Part shown: positions 11,878-27,100 of the stretch, in pieces
How positions within the stretch are numbered: position 1 is the first letter of the stretch
Layout: every line of letters begins with the position of its first letter
Origin: Nemertoderma westbladi
Lineage: Eukaryota; Animalia; Xenacoelomorpha
Direction of reading: 5' to 3'
Assembly (NCBI GenBank): GCA_032718475.1
Contig: JAUCBJ010006617.1
Location: 13,647-77,646, forward strand
DNA: 64,000 nucleotides
Made by a program: the position numbers and the translations under genes
Notes under the pieces: generated by a model
Databases searched by the model: none
The model's input: only the letters and a program-made list of their open reading frames with translations
Told to the model about the DNA's origin: nothing

Positions 11878-13292
11878 GGAATGCCCTAGAATGTTCTAGT
11901 AGATTCTATGTCCCAGATTTGCTATATAAGGGCCGGTTTGCCTTCGGTTATCACACACACACTCTCACTAATATCACTTGCACAACCTAATATTAGTCTT
12001 GTTTGCCAGTCAATATCTCTTTGCTTAGTTTAGTTATTATTTGTAAAGTGAAGTGATAAGTTTTGTAAATTACTAGTAGTAGTTACTAGCTTACCTTAGA
12101 TTGCTTTCAGTATACAATGATGTATAATGCGTGACGTATATAATAGACATGAGTGATACACCACATTCGACTCAATACCAACCTACCGACTATGACTCGT
12201 GCGACCCGGACAGATCGACAGTAGACGAACCGAGAAGGAGAACCCGAGATTCTACCGATGTCACACCGCATGCGTCGCCGGTACCGCGAATGGAAATACC
12301 GGAAGCCGCAACGCGTGGCGACGGCAGAATCGAAGATTTCCTTACCGTCCCGCAGACCAGATCGCTGGAACCGGACATGGTAAGTTTCGCTGGAAGTCAA
12401 GAGAATGTTATTAGGAGTATAGGAAGACACAAGGCCCAGATTACTCGAAACTTCGGAGAAGGTTTTCGCGTATTACGCGAATTAACCGACCCGATGTCGA
12501 GATAATGAGTTCTACACCTTACAGGTAAGAATAGTGAGTAGGGTACATGCCACCGTAGATAAACGTAGAGGTTTACACGAACTCGCCGAGTTGCGTGGCG
12601 ACAACTTTACGCAAGTAAAGATAATTGATAAGTTGGTAAGTGCGAGGGAAAGCCTCATTCAGTTTAAGTCGGTTGTAGGATCGACTCAACGAGAGCAACT
12701 CGATCAACTGATGGGTGAGTCAGCTTCCGACGCGATGTTACAGCCCGAAGAGGAAGAAGAACTATATTGCCTGGGCGGGAGATTAGAAACGCTCACCAAT
12801 TTTCTTCAAAATTCTTCATTAATATTCTGTGCAGGTTGACACTAGACACCGCGGCGGACGACGACGTAGACGAGGGAGGACTATGGCGCAGTGCAAGCAG
12901 CGCTTGACCGTCTGCTGACTGAGCAGACCATTAAATGGTTCTGTCGATCGAGACCGCTATGTCAGAACAGGAAAAACGGCCATTAAATATTATGAAAGAT
13001 ACCATTCGCCAGACCGCGAATGGCCACTACGAAGTTGGCATGTTGTGGCGCCATGGACAACCTAAGCTCGTCAACAATTACCTGCTTGCTTTGAGGCGAC
13101 TCAAATCAATACGGCAGCGGTTGTTGCGAGATGAGACGGCCCATATGCAATACAACGCGCAACTTCAGACGTATCTCCAAAAGGGATACGTCATTAGGAT
13201 GTTAAATCCCGAGGTAACCACAGATCAAACATATTACCTGCCACACCATTTTGTTCGACACCCGGACAAACCTGGCAAGGTGCGTGTAGTCA
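11878..13292 (+). mobile_element. Degraded, internally deleted BEL/Pao LTR retrotransposon remnant
   Basis: ORF 12935-13312 (GHYEVGMLWR...YYLPHHFVRHPDKPGKVRVV) resembles the RT N-terminus of the BEL element at about 60.4-60.7 kb. Upstream are gag-like ORF remnants and a TATATAAG. Boundaries are approximate. Confidence 0.7.
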
Positions 13293-14010
13293 ATATATAT
13301 ATTTCTTTTTAATCCAGGTCTGGAGGCCCATAATTAACATAAATGACAAATTACAATAATATAATTATTAGATCACAGCACAAGTTAATAGTAAAATATA
13401 CGTATAATGAATAGAGTCTATTTCAAAGTTCTAAAAATCCATATTTATCATTTCCCGTATTCTGCTTGAAGGGGCTGTCACTTCCGATATTGTTTGCACT
13501 AAAATATTTGTAGAACTTTCGATGCGTGACCATAGTGATCGAATTGCGTTATACCGTACGTGAATGAATTTGCACAAGTTAAGCTCGCCAAACATTAGCG
13601 ATACACTGCAGTCATATTTATACCCAAATAATTTCCTAGCTATATTGTTATAACCCACTCTAAATTTGTTGTATAATCTTGCGTCAAAATTGCGGCGAGC
13701 CCATAATGAGTTACAATAGAATTGTGAACAGAAAGCTAAAAATAGTTTCCGTTTTACATTAATCGAGCAGACACCAAATTTCCTAATTAACATATTGCCA
13801 CGTCTATAAAGTGCATGTAACTGATTGATAATGTCATGCCCGTCATCTGTGGAAGCATGAATAATATGGCCTAGATACTTAAATTGATCTACTTGTTCTA
13901 ACATAACACCATTTATATTAATTTTTGTTGTTACAATAGTTGTATTCGATTTCGGCACAAAACACATTAATTTGGACTTTTTCACGTTAATCTTGATTGA
14001 ATGTAATTTT
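13293..14010 (-). mobile_element. 3' fragment of a LINE (CR1/RTEX-like RT C-terminus)
   Basis: ORF 13431-13985 (FKYLGH, LYRRGNMLIRKF, VKRKLF) with an A-rich 3' end near 13300. Clade uncertain. Confidence 0.75.
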
Positions 14011-14015
14011 GAATA

Positions 14016-15141
14016 TTTTTATTTTTATTTATTTACTCTTTATTCCGCACCAGGAGGCACATAGCTACAGAACAACATAACAAATACCTACCACATTACA
14101 GTATGCAGTAGGCCTACGTACAGCACAAAATATATACATTAATATGATAATACTAAAAAATAATAATAATAAGTCTTAAAAGTGACGGTTTCACGAAACG
14201 AAAAACCGTGAGAATGGTCTGCAAGCAGAGTAAATGGTTCGCACCAAATCATTATGAGATTCACTGACCCGTTTAAAAAGGCTGTGTACAGATCTGCTGT
14301 GAATATGACACAGCATTGGCAGATTTAATGTGCCGAATGAGAGTGAGATACTGGTTGGTTCATCGCCAGTAGCGCAATTGTTATACGCAACTTGTATTTT
14401 ATCGTATACACGTTGAGAATAATTTGAACGGGTCCACAGACTGTTACCATATATAGGAGTACAAAATGCACGAAATAAGGAAGTCTTAACAGCAACGGAG
14501 GCATTGCCAAACTTCCTAACAAGGGTATTCGCTCTAGCATACAATGAATGCATTTGATTAATGATGTCACAATCGTCATCAGTTGATGACGTAATAATAT
14601 GTCCGAGATAGTTGAAAGAATCCACTATAGGAATATATGCTCCATATAATGTAATTTTAGTGCAACTCGTTAGAGAGAATGATTTCAGAATGAAGTACAC
14701 ACATTTAGTTTTCTTCACATTAAAAATAATGGAGTTATTGTTAGCATAACTAACCGCTATGTTAACCAATTTCTGTAAGCCGACAATTGAGTTTGACAAC
14801 AAACACAGATCGTCTGCATACAGTAAATGGTTTATTCTAGTGGATCCAATCATACAGCCTACCCCGCTTGCATTAAAGATAATACTGAGGTCATCGACGT
14901 AGATATTATAGAATATCTGAGAAAGAATTCTCCCCTGTCCAGTGCCATTGGTTACATGGAATGAGGTAGAGACCACACCGTCCCAGCATACCTGCAGTAA
15001 TTGAGTACGGTATCCGAACTTAATCAGACAAACTATATAAACAGGTACACCACGGTTAAGTAGTTTGTTGAAAAGGTTATAATGGTTAACGCGGTCGAAT
15101 GCCTTGGAGGCATCGAGCATACAGACATAGACACACGAGTT
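14016..15141 (-). mobile_element. LINE RT fragment (CR1/RTEX-like) whose 5' side runs into the minisatellite
   Basis: VYVCMLDASKAFDRVNH, NGTGQGRILS, LLYADDL, FNYLGH; AATAAA and an A-rich tail at about 14016-14045 on the minus strand. Confidence 0.85.
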
Positions 15142-18100
15142 GTACACAGTAACACTGCCTAGACTTACAAACCGGAACCCATGCTGGTTGGGCTGTGTAT
15201 ATGTAACGATAGTACACAGTAACACTGCCTAGACTTACAAACCGGAACCCATGCTGGTTGGGCTGTGTATATGTAACGATAGTACACAGTAACACTGCCT
15301 AGACTTACAAACCGGAACCCATGCTGGTTGGGCTGTGTATAGTAGTACACAGTAGCACTGCCTAGACTTACAAACCGGAACCCATGCTGGTTGGGCTGTG
15401 TATATGTAACGATAGTACACAGTAACACTGCCTAGACTTACAAACCGGAACCCATGCTGGTTGGGCTGTGTATATGTAACGATAGTACACAGTAACACTG
15501 CCTAGACTTACAAACCGGAACCCATGCTGGTTGGGCTGTGTATATGTAACGATAGTACACAGTAACACTGCCTAGACTTACAAACCGGAACCCATGCTGG
15601 TTGGGCTGTGTATATGTAACGATAGTACACAGTAACACTGCCTAGACTTACAAACCGGAACCCATGCTGGTTGGGCTGTGTATATGTAACGATAGTACAC
15701 AGTAACACTGCCTAGACTTACAAACCGGAACCCATGCTGGTTGGGCTGTGTATATGTAACGACGCTAGGTGGCGTTCCAATCATATCAGTTATAAGCAAG
15801 GTTAACAATATATATATGGATTTAAACTTAAATCGAGCAAAATGCGCACTGCCGGTAGCATTTTATAGGCTTATAGTAGTACACAGTAACACTGCCTAGA
15901 CTTACAAACCGGAACCCATGCTGGTTGGGCTGTGTATATGTAACGATAGTACACAGTAACACTGCCTAGACTTACAAACCGGAACCCATGCTGGTTGGGC
16001 TGTGTATATGTAACGATAGTACACAGTAACACTGCCTAGACTTACAAACCGGAACCCATGCTGGTTGGGCTGTGTATATGTAACGATAGTACACAGTAAC
16101 ACTGCCTAGACTTACAAACCGGAACCCATGCTGGTTGGGCTGTGTATATGTAACGATAGTACACAGTAACACTGCCTAGACTTACAAACCGGAACCCATG
16201 CTGGTTGGGCTGTGTATATGTAACGATAGTACACAGTAACACTGCCTAGACTTACAAACCGGAACCCATGCTGGTTGGGCTGTGTATATGTAACGACGCT
16301 AGGTGGCGTTCCAATCATATCAGTTATAAGCAAGGTTAACAATATATATATGGATTTAAACTTAAATCGAGCAAAATGCGCACTGCCGGTAGCATTTTAT
16401 AGGCTTATAGTAGTACACAGTAACACTGCCTAGACTTACAAACCGGAACCCATGCTGGTTGGGCTGTGTATATGTAACGATAGTACACAGTAACACTGCC
16501 TAGACTTACAAACCGGAACCCATGCTGGTTGGGCTGTGTATATGTAACGATAGTACACAGTAACACTGCCTAGACTTACAAACCGGAACCCATGCTGGTT
16601 GGGCTGTGTATATGTAACGATAGTACACAGTAACACTGCCTAGACTTACAAACCGGAACCCATGCTGGTTGGGCTGTGTATATGTAACGATAGTACACAG
16701 TAACACTGCCTAGACTTACAAACCGGAACCCATGCTGGTTGGGCTGTGTATATGTAACGACGCTAGGTGGCGTTCCAATCATATCAGTTATAAGCAAGGT
16801 TAACAATATATATATGGATTTAAACTTAAATCGAGCAAAATGCGCACTGCCGGTAGCATTTTATAGGCTTATAGTAGTACACAGTAACACTGCCTAGACT
16901 TACAAACCGGAACCCATGCTGGTTGGGCTGTGTATATGTAACGATAGTATACAGTAACACTGCCTAGACTTACAAACCGGAACCCATGCTGGTTGGGCTG
17001 TGTATATGTAACGATAGTACACAGTAACACTGCCTAGACTTACAAACCGGAACCCATGCTGGTTGGGCTGTGTATATGTAACGATAGTACACAGTAACAC
17101 TGCCTAGACTTACAAACCGGAACCCATGCTGGTTGGGCTGTGTATATGTAACGATAGTACACAGTAACACCGCCTAGACTTACAAACCGGAACCCATGCT
17201 GGTTGGGCTGTGTATATGTAACGATAGTACACAGTAACACTGCCTAGACTTACAAACCGGAACCCATGCTGGTTGGGCTGTGTATATGTAACGATAGTAC
17301 ACAGTAACACCGCCTAGACTTACAAACCGGAACCCATGCTGGTTGGGCTGTGTATATGTAACGATAGTATACAGTAACACTGCCTAGACTTACAAACCGG
17401 AACCCATGCTGGTTGGGCTGTGTATATGTAACGATAGTACACAGTAACACCGCCTAGACTTACAAACCGGAACCCATGCTGGTTGGGCTGTGTATAGTAG
17501 TACACAGTAACACTGCCTAGACTTACAAACCGGAACCCATGCTGGTTGGGCTGTGTATATGTAACGATAGTACACAGTAACACCGCCTAGACTTACAAAC
17601 CGGAACCCATGCTGGTTGGGCTGTGTATATGTAACGATAGTACACAGTAACACTGCCTAGACTTACAAACCGGAACCCATGCTGGTTGGGCTGTGTATAT
17701 GTAACGATAGTACACAGTAACACTGCCTAGACTTACAAACCGGAACCCATGCTGGTTGGGCTGTGTATATGTAACGATAGTACACAGTAACACTACCTAG
17801 ACTTACAAACCGGAACCCATGCTGGTTGGGCTGTGTATATGTAACGATAGTACACAGTAACACCGCCTAGACTTACAAACCGGAACCCATGCTGGTTGGG
17901 CTGTGTATATGTAACGATAGTACACAGTAACACTGCCTAGACTTACAAACCGGAACCCATGCTGGTTGGGCTGTGTATATGTAACGATAGTACACAGTAA
18001 CACTGCCTAGACTTACAAACCGGAACCCATGCTGGTTGGGCTGTGTATATGTAACGATAGTACACAGTAACACTACCTAGACTTACAAACCGGAACCCAT

Positions 18101-21100
18101 GCTGGTTGGGCTGTGTATATGTAACGATAGTACACAGTAACACTGCCTAGACTTACAAACCGGAACCCATGCTGGTTGGGCTGTGTATATGTAACGATAG
18201 TACACAGTAACACCGCCTAGACTTACAAACCGGAACCCATGCTGGTTGGGCTGTGTATATGTAACGATAGTACACAGTAACACTGCCTAGACTTACAAAC
18301 CGGAACCCATGCTGGTTGGGCTGTGTATATGTAACGATAGTACACAGTAACACTGCCTAGACTTACAAACCGGAACCCATGCTGGTTGGGCTGTGTATAT
18401 GTAACGATAGTACACAGTAACACTGCCTAGACTTACAAACCGGAACCCATGCTGGTTGGGCTGTGTATATGTAACGATAGTACACAGTAACACCGCCTAG
18501 ACTTACAAACCGGAACCCATGCTGGTTGGGCTGTGTATATGTAACGATAGTACACAGTAACACTGCCTAGACTTACAAACCGGAACCCATGCTGGTTGGG
18601 CTGTGTATATGTAACGATAGTACACAGTAACACTGCCTAGACTTACAAACCGGAACCCATGCTGGTTGGGCTGTGTATAGTAGTACACAGTAGCACTGCC
18701 TAGACTTACAAACCGGAACCCATGCTGGTTGGGCTGTGTATAGTAGTACACAGTAACACTGCCTAGACTTACAAACCGGAACCCATGCTGGTTGGGCTGT
18801 GTATATGTAACGATAGTACACAGTAACACTGCCTAGACTTACAAACCGGAACCCATGCTGGTTGGGCTGTGTATAGTAGTACACAGTAACACTGCCTAGA
18901 CTTACAAACCGGAACCCATGCTGGTTGGGCTGTGTATATGTAACGATAGTACACAGTAACACTGCCTAGACTTACAAACCGGAACCCATGCTGGTTGGGC
19001 TGTGTATAGTAGTACACAGTAGCACTGCCTAGACTTACAAACCGGAACCCATGCTGGTTGGGCTGTGTATATGTAACGATAGTACACAGTAACACTGCCT
19101 AGACTTACAAACCGGAACCCATGCTGGTTGGGCTGTGTATAGTAGTACACAGTAACACTGCCTAGACTTACAAACCGGAACCCATGCTGGTTGGGCTGTG
19201 TATAGTAGTACACAGTAGCACTGCCTAGACTTACAAACCGGAACCCATGCTGGTTGGGCTGTGTATATGTAACGATAGTACACAGTAACACTGCCTAGAC
19301 TTACAAACCGGAACCCATGCTGGTTGGGCTGTGTATATGTAACGATAGTACACAGTAACACTGCCTAGACTTACAAACCGGAACCCATGCTGGTTGGGCT
19401 GTGTATATGTAACGATAGTACACAGTAACACTGCCTAGACTTACAAACCGGAACCCATGCTGGTTGGGCTGTGTATATGTAACGATAGTACACAGTAACA
19501 CTGCCTAGACTTACAAACCGGAACCCATGCTGGTTGGGCTGTGTATATGTACGATAGTACACAGTAACACTGCCTAGACTTACAAACCGGAACCCATGCT
19601 GGTTGGGCTGTGTATATGTAACGATAGTACACAGTAACACTGCCTAGACTTACAAACCGGAACCCATGCTGGTTGGGCTGTGTATAGTAGTACACAGTAG
19701 CACTGCCTAGACTTACAAACCGGAACCCATGCTGGTTGGGCTGTGTATAGTAGTACACAGTAGCACTGCCTAGACTTACAAACCGGAACCCATGCTGGTT
19801 GGGCTGTGTATAGTAGTACACAGTAACACTGCCTAGACTTACAAACCGGAACCCATGCTGGTTGGGCTGTGTATATGTAACGATAGTACACAGTAACACT
19901 GCCTAGACTTACAAACCGGAACCCATGCTGGTTGGGCTGTGTATAGTAGTACACAGTAACACTGCCTAGACTTACAAACCGGAACCCATGCTGGTTGGGC
20001 TGTGTATATGTAACGATAGTACACAGTAACACTGCCTAGACTTACAAACCGGAACCCATGCTGGTTGGGCTGTGTATAGTAGTACACAGTAGCACTGCCT
20101 AGACTTACAAACCGGAACCCATGCTGGTTGGGCTGTGTATATGTAACGATAGTACACAGTAACACTGCCTAGACTTACAAACCGGAACCCATGCTGGTTG
20201 GGCTGTGTATAGTAGTACACAGTAGCACTGCCTAGACTTACAAACCGGAACCCATGCTGGTTGGGCTGTGTATATGTAACGATAGTACACAGTAACACTG
20301 CCTAGACTTACAAACCGGAACCCATGCTGGTTGGGCTGTGTATAGTAGTACACAGTAGCACTGCCTAGACTTACAAACCGGAACCCATGCTGGTTGGGCT
20401 GTGTATATGTAACGATAGTACACAGTAACACTGCCTAGACTTACAAACCGGAACCCATGCTGGTTGGGCTGTGTATAGTAGTACACAGTAGCACTGCCTA
20501 GACTTACAAACCGGAACCCATGCTGGTTGGGCTGTGTATATGTAACGATAGTACACAGTAACACTGCCTAGACTTACAAACCGGAACCCATGCTGGTTGG
20601 GCTGTGTATAGTAGTACACAGTAACACTGCCTAGACTTACAAACCGGAACCCATGCTGGTTGGGCTGTGTATAGTAGTACACAGTAACACTGCCTAGACT
20701 TACAAACCGGAACCCATGCTGGTTGGGCTGTGTATAGTAGTACACAGTAACACTGCCTAGACTTACAAACCGGAACCCATGCTGGTTGGGCTGTGTATAG
20801 TAGTACACAGTAACACTGCCTAGACTTACAAACCGGAACCCATGCTGGTTGGGCTGTGTATAGTAGTACACAGTAGCACTGCCTAGACTTACAAACCGGA
20901 ACCCATGCTGGTTGGGCTGTGTATATGTAACGATAGTACACAGTAACACTGCCTAGACTTACAAACCGGAACCCATGCTGGTTGGGCTGTGTATAGTAGT
21001 ACACAGTAGCACTGCCTAGACTTACAAACCGGAACCCATGCTGGTTGGGCTGTGTATAGTAGTACACAGTAACACTGCCTAGACTTACAATCCGGAACCC

Positions 21101-21658
21101 ATGCTGGTTGGGCTGTGTATAGTAGTACACAGTAACACTGCCTAGACTTACAAACCGGAACCCATGCTGGTTGGGCTGTGTATATGTAACGATAGTACAC
21201 AGTAACACTGCCTAGACTTACAAACCGGAACCCATGCTGGTTGGGCTGTGTATAGTAGTACACAGTAGCACTGCCTAGACTTACAAACCGGAACCCATGC
21301 TGGTTGGGCTGTGTATATGTAACGATAGTACACAGTAACACTGCCTAGACTTACAAACCGGAACCCATGCTGGTTGGGCTGTGTATAGTAGTACACAGTA
21401 GCACTGCCTAGACTTACAAACCGGAACCCATGCTGGTTGGGCTGTGTATAGTAGTACACAGTAACACTGCCTAGACTTACAAACCGGAACCCATGCTGGT
21501 TGGGCTGTGTATATGTAACGATAGTACACAGTAACACTGCCTAGACTTACAAACCGGAACCCATGCTGGTTGGGCTGTGTATAGTAGTACACAGTAGCAC
21601 TGCCTAGACTTACAAACCGGAACCCATGCTGGTTGGGCTGTGTATATGTAACGATAGT
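15142..21658. repeat. Minisatellite array, left part: mixed 70-, 63- and 184-bp units
   Basis: Core gtacacagtaacactgcctagacttacaaaccggaacccatgctggttgggctgtgtata followed by tgtaacgata (70 bp), gta (63 bp) or a long insert (184 bp; at 15755, 16289, 16753). Confidence 0.98.
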
Positions 21659-22211
21659 TGTGACGGGATCTACGGATCCCGGTTTATCCGTTTGGGTTTT
21701 CTGCCCACGCGTCCCCGCCGTGTGTGAAAGGTAAAAGAGTTCTGATGTTGGGTAATATGTATAAAGGTATAATAGTCTGACAGTTGATATAATATAGTAT
21801 GACACAATAGGTAATATATAATGGCGGTAGCGGACGGTGACAGAAGTCCCCGTTCCACCCTACTGATCTGACTGAGTAAACTGAATAACTGACCGGTATG
21901 ATTACTGGTAACTGGTTATATTGCACGGTGGTGGCCTTATTGCTACTCAATCGATGCCTTTCTCCCCTCTGATTGGTTGATACCCCTGTTGGCACCCTTT
22001 GCCCCCCTCTGAAGTGCTTCCCTTCGCCCTTGCTGTTCTCTCTCTTGTCAGGGGAGTAACCCCTGACCCTTATTGTGTGTGTCTCCTTTGGGGCCTATTG
22101 TCCCCGTTTACTGGGCTGACACGAGGTTGATTGGTAATCAACCTCGTGCTCCCAATATTGCTTTGTGGCTCACTCTATGGGTTTATGTTAGCGGAATTGG
22201 ATAAGCTAACA
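21659..22211 (-). repeat. 3' LTR of copy 1 (553 bp)
   Basis: Matches 27956-28505 except for about 4 substitutions and a 3-bp indel. Confidence 0.95.
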
Positions 22212-24183
22212 CTCCCCCCCATGCTACCTTCCCGGTAAGAAGATAGCATCCAACTCAAGTGCGCTACAATTCCGCTGGATCCCGATCTATTATCGGGTGT
22301 GGGGTGGGTCTATTTTTTCTTTTCGGAGTCGGCTTTCCAGGCCGCTCCCTATGGGTATGATGTCACTACCCTCTGGCGTCTCGTGTTGGGCCGATCGTGC
22401 GCTTCTCTCACACAATTTTTGTTTCCCCAACACTCTCACCACTCTACTCCAACTCTCGCATACTCCTGGACCTCCTCGTCCCACACTCTTCCTCTCACTT
22501 CTCCTCCCCCACACTTGAATTGCGCCCACGCTCTCTTCGCACTCCGCACTATTATCTCTCCACTCTCTTGTCACTCCCTAAGGCTTTAATCTCTAATGCT
22601 ACCCCTGTGCTATCATACTATCTACCTACTGCTTACTAACTCTAACTATCTAACTAACTCTGCTAACTACTAACTCTTACTACTTCTAGCTCTAACTGAG
22701 AGCCTCTAACTTTCTACTGACTCTAACTCTCTACTAAGTCTAACTAACTCCTACTAACTTTCTACTTCTACTAGCTCTACTTGACTCCTCCGAGTCTACC
22801 AACTCTGCTAACTAGCTCTACTAACTCTACTCCACTAGCTCTGCTAACTCTACTAACTAGCTCTACTAACTCTACTAACTAGCTCTACTAACTCTACTAA
22901 CTAGCTCTACTAACTCTACTAACTAGCTCTACTAACTCTACTCCACTCTTCTAACTACGTGGCGCTTGCGGTGCCCACAACCACTCTACTATCTGGCACC
23001 CTATGTGCCCTTCTACTACTCAGCTACCTCTCTAGCTCTACTACCTGGCACCCTATGTGCCCCCTCTGCTCTACTCTACTACCTGGCACCCTATGTGCCC
23101 CCTCTACTACACTACTACCTCTCTAACTCTACTACCTGGCACCCTATGTGCCCTCTTTACTCCTCTACACCCCCTTTACGTCTCATCGCCTACACGTGAC
23201 GCTCTGAGTGCCGGCAGAGTGGGTACGTTAATTATGTGAACTACTACTGACTCTACTAACTCTCTTCTAACTCTACTAACTCTTTTTGTGCCCGGCACCT
23301 CTTGTGCACGGCACCTTCTAACTCTACTAACTCTCTACGTGGCGCTAACGGTGCCCACAACCACAACCGGTACTACGTACCCTCTTACTAACTCTACCTC
23401 TATCTACGTGGCGCTAACGGTGCCCACAACCACAACCGGTACTACTACGTACCCTCTTACTAACCTCTAACTCCCACTAACTCTAATTAACATACCCTGC
23501 TCTTACATCACACACATCATCACGCCCGTGCCCCACTAAGTTCAGCGCATTCCCTACTAACTCTAACTACGTGGCGCTTACGGTGCCCACAACCCTCTAC
23601 TGCTACTACTAACACCCCTAACTAGCGGTACTACGTACCCTCTTACTACTCTAGCTCTCTCTACTAGCTAGCGGTACTACGTACCCTCTTACTCTTACTA
23701 ACTCTCTAACGGTACTACGTACCCCTTAACTCCTACTCTCTAACGGTACTGCGTACCCTCTAACTCTCTAACTATCGGTACTACGTACCCTCTAACTCTA
23801 ACTAACTAGCGGTACTTACGTACCCTCTATCTCTAACTAACTAGCGGTACTTACGTACCCTCTAACTCTAACTCTAACTAGGTACTACGTACCTACTAAC
23901 TCTCTAACTATCGGTACTACGTACCTACTAACTCTAACTCTGATTAGGTACTACGTACCTACTAACTCTAACTAACTCTAGGTACTACGTACCTACTAAC
24001 TCTCTAACTCTAGGTACTACGTACCTACTAACTCTAACTCTGATTAGGTACTACGTACCTACTAACTCTCTAACTAGCGGTACTTACGTACCCTCTTTAA
24101 CTAACTAACTAACTGACTAACTAACTAACTCTTACTACCTAACTTCTACCTACTCTATTATTTAATTATTTTCTTAATTTTAA

Positions 24184-27100
24184 TTAAATAATTATTTTAT
24201 ATTTTGTGCGTGGGAAGGGCGTCTCGCCCTCATTCCCACCCCCCTCAGTCCAAAACTTTGGACGACTAAAAACTCTCACGTGCCCCTTCTTCCGGTAGGC
24301 ACTCTCCTGCTGCCCTCCTATACGTCCTCTAGCTCTTCGCCACACTCTCTTCGGTGCCACCTTTACTGGCCTCCCCCTTCGTATGTGCGCTGGCATTAGG
24401 GCCCTCGACGACCCCCGCTCGTCCCTCGGTATACGCGGTGTCTGCCCGTGCAATGCCCCCTCGCACTGTGTCCGTCCTGCGTGTGTATGCAACACGCCTC
24501 CTTCTACTTTCCCGACTCCCTTATGTTTGCTAATGGGCTTCTCTGCCCCTGGTTTAGTCCTTTCATATCCTCTCCCTTTCCAACACTCTCCGGATCTGTG
24601 TCCTTTTACCACACATCGATGACATAGTCCGTTTGCGTCTGTGTAGGCTACACGATCTCGTTTGGGCAACGCTTGCCAGTACTTGCAACTCCTGGTCTTA
24701 TGGGTTCCGTCCCGATGTAATTGACATTGGAATCCTGGATTATAGCGTTTCCTGTATAGTCCTTCACGTATCGCGCTTAGGTTTATATGTACCGATTTAA
24801 TGTTTTGGTTGTCTAGACTCGGCCTACTGGGTATATTGGGATTGTGTTTATTTATTGGTGTTATTTTCTTTCTGTCCCTGCCACGGTGTGGCCCTGCTAC
24901 CACCTAACTGTGGACTAGCAGTCCCCTGTACGGCCGCGTGTGGTGGTGACTGTCCGCACGACCTGCTCTCGTCCAGGGAGTTCGATGTTCTCGCTCCTAT
25001 CGGGGTACATTGTCGATATTGTGATGGGGGAATGTCACCCTGTCCCCCCCCAGCCGGTATGTTTGGTACTGGGGTTGATGTTAATACATTGGGGCCCATA
25101 CGTCTATCTCCAATAACTCCCCCCTCCCCTGGATATATGTTATGTCCCTGTGTATTATAGTCATGCTGCTGTACCGATATAGGCCTACCTACCTCTCGCC
25201 TACCTACCGGTATGTACTCCGCGACTTCCGGGTTTAATCCCGTCGTTCGCGCTACCCCATCGCCTACTCTATCTCTCCCAGCATGGCCTATAATAGTATG
25301 TGCAGTAAGGCCTACAGTATGTCCTGCAGTCTGCATGTGCCCTTCCGAACCGAAGTTTATTCTTCGCGAATCTCGAATCTCCCCGCGACTACTGCACTCT
25401 CGATCGGCAGCTATATCCCGTCGGGAAGCTTCTCTTCGATCCCCTCTCCTGTTCTCGTCTTCGTATTGGTACGTCCTGTACCCCTCTCTTGGCGTGCGGT
25501 GCGTTTCTCCGGGGCGACGGCAATCTCCCGAAGTTCGACCCCACTGGCTCCCTGACTCCATCTCTACTATCGACGGTCCGTTATCCGTCCTCGCACTGCT
25601 ATCGTTCGTGGCGACACTTCTTCTACTATCTTCTCTTCTTCTCTTTTCTGTGTAGTATTCCGGCTCGTGAGGTCTCTCGTCGACCTCCCGGTTAAACTCC
25701 ACTGTTCTTCTTCCCTCTTCTGGTCGGGCTCGACGCTTCGTCTGCCCTCTCGCGACGTCAACCTGCTTCTCTCTGCTCGATCGCACGCCGCTGGGGATAC
25801 TCGCAATCCCCCTATTACTCTCCGTCGCCGGTTGTTGCGGTTTACCTATTTCGGCCCTCGCATTATCCGCTGACGTCTGCGGGACACTCTCTGCCCCCCC
25901 TCTCTCTCTACTAACTTCTCGCGGTGGGGTGCCCGTAGCCCCCCCCCACCCGCCACTTCTAACTTCACTACCTCTTACTACACTTCTACACCCCTCTTGT
26001 GGGGCATTCTCTGCCCCCCCTCTCTCGCCACTAATCTTATGTGGTGGGGCGCCGGTAGCCCCCCCCCACTCGCCACATCTAACTTCAATATCTCTTACTT
26101 CGTCTCTACACCCCTCTCTAGTCGACGCGCTGTCTCTACTGCGGCCGGGTCTATTCACCCCCGCCTCTCTCTCTACTACTGCGTGGCCCACCAGGCCTAC
26201 TTCGGGTTGGCTCAACCCCGCTACCTCCTGCCTACTAACTGCGTGGCCTACCAGGCCGCCGTCGGGTTGGCTCAACCCTGCCACCTCCTGCCTACTAACT
26301 ACGTGGCCTACCAGGCCACCGTCTGCCGGGTTATGTACGTCCGACACGCTCATATTAATAGCACCATTCCCAATATTATTTGTTAAATCAATTAAATTAT
26401 TAGAATTTGAAACGGGATTATTATTTAAATTATTTAAATTACTTAGATCACTACTATTCTCTAAACTTAAATTATTATTCGAATTATTTTGCGGGTTTGA
26501 ATTGAAATTATTGTTTAGAATATTTGTATTTAAATTTAAATTACTACTACCCGGTAAAATATTATTTCCTGTAATAAAGGGATTAGGGTTATCTACTACG
26601 GTACTATTAATATTAACTACTTCTGACGTACTACTACTACCCCCCCCGCCCGTACGGCTACACCAGTTCTGGTTCTCTCGCCCGGTGTCTGTAAGTGGGG
26701 TCTCACTCTCTGACATTTCCAACCGCGCCAGTTCTCGTCGGCGCCGCTCCAGTTTGGCTTGATATTGCGCAAGCCCCCTTAGCTGGGCACGCAAATCATG
26801 TAAACTTTGCTCGGCCAACTCGGTATCTCTCGCAACCATCTCACGCCACGTCGCCGGCTCGTCCCCTACTCTCATCTCCCGCTCTCTACACTCCTTGACT
26901 CTCTCTCTATCCTCCCTTGCCCACTCTCTTTCTCTCTCCGACCATGCGGTTTCCTCTCTCAATCGTCTCTCTAACTCATCCTGCTCTGTCGCCACCATTT
27001 CTAATTTATACGCCATGCGTTTACTCTCTCGCACCCGTCTTTCTTTTACGGAGGATGTAGCAAACTTATCGGTTGCGACGGACTCCCGTCGCCCTCCGTC

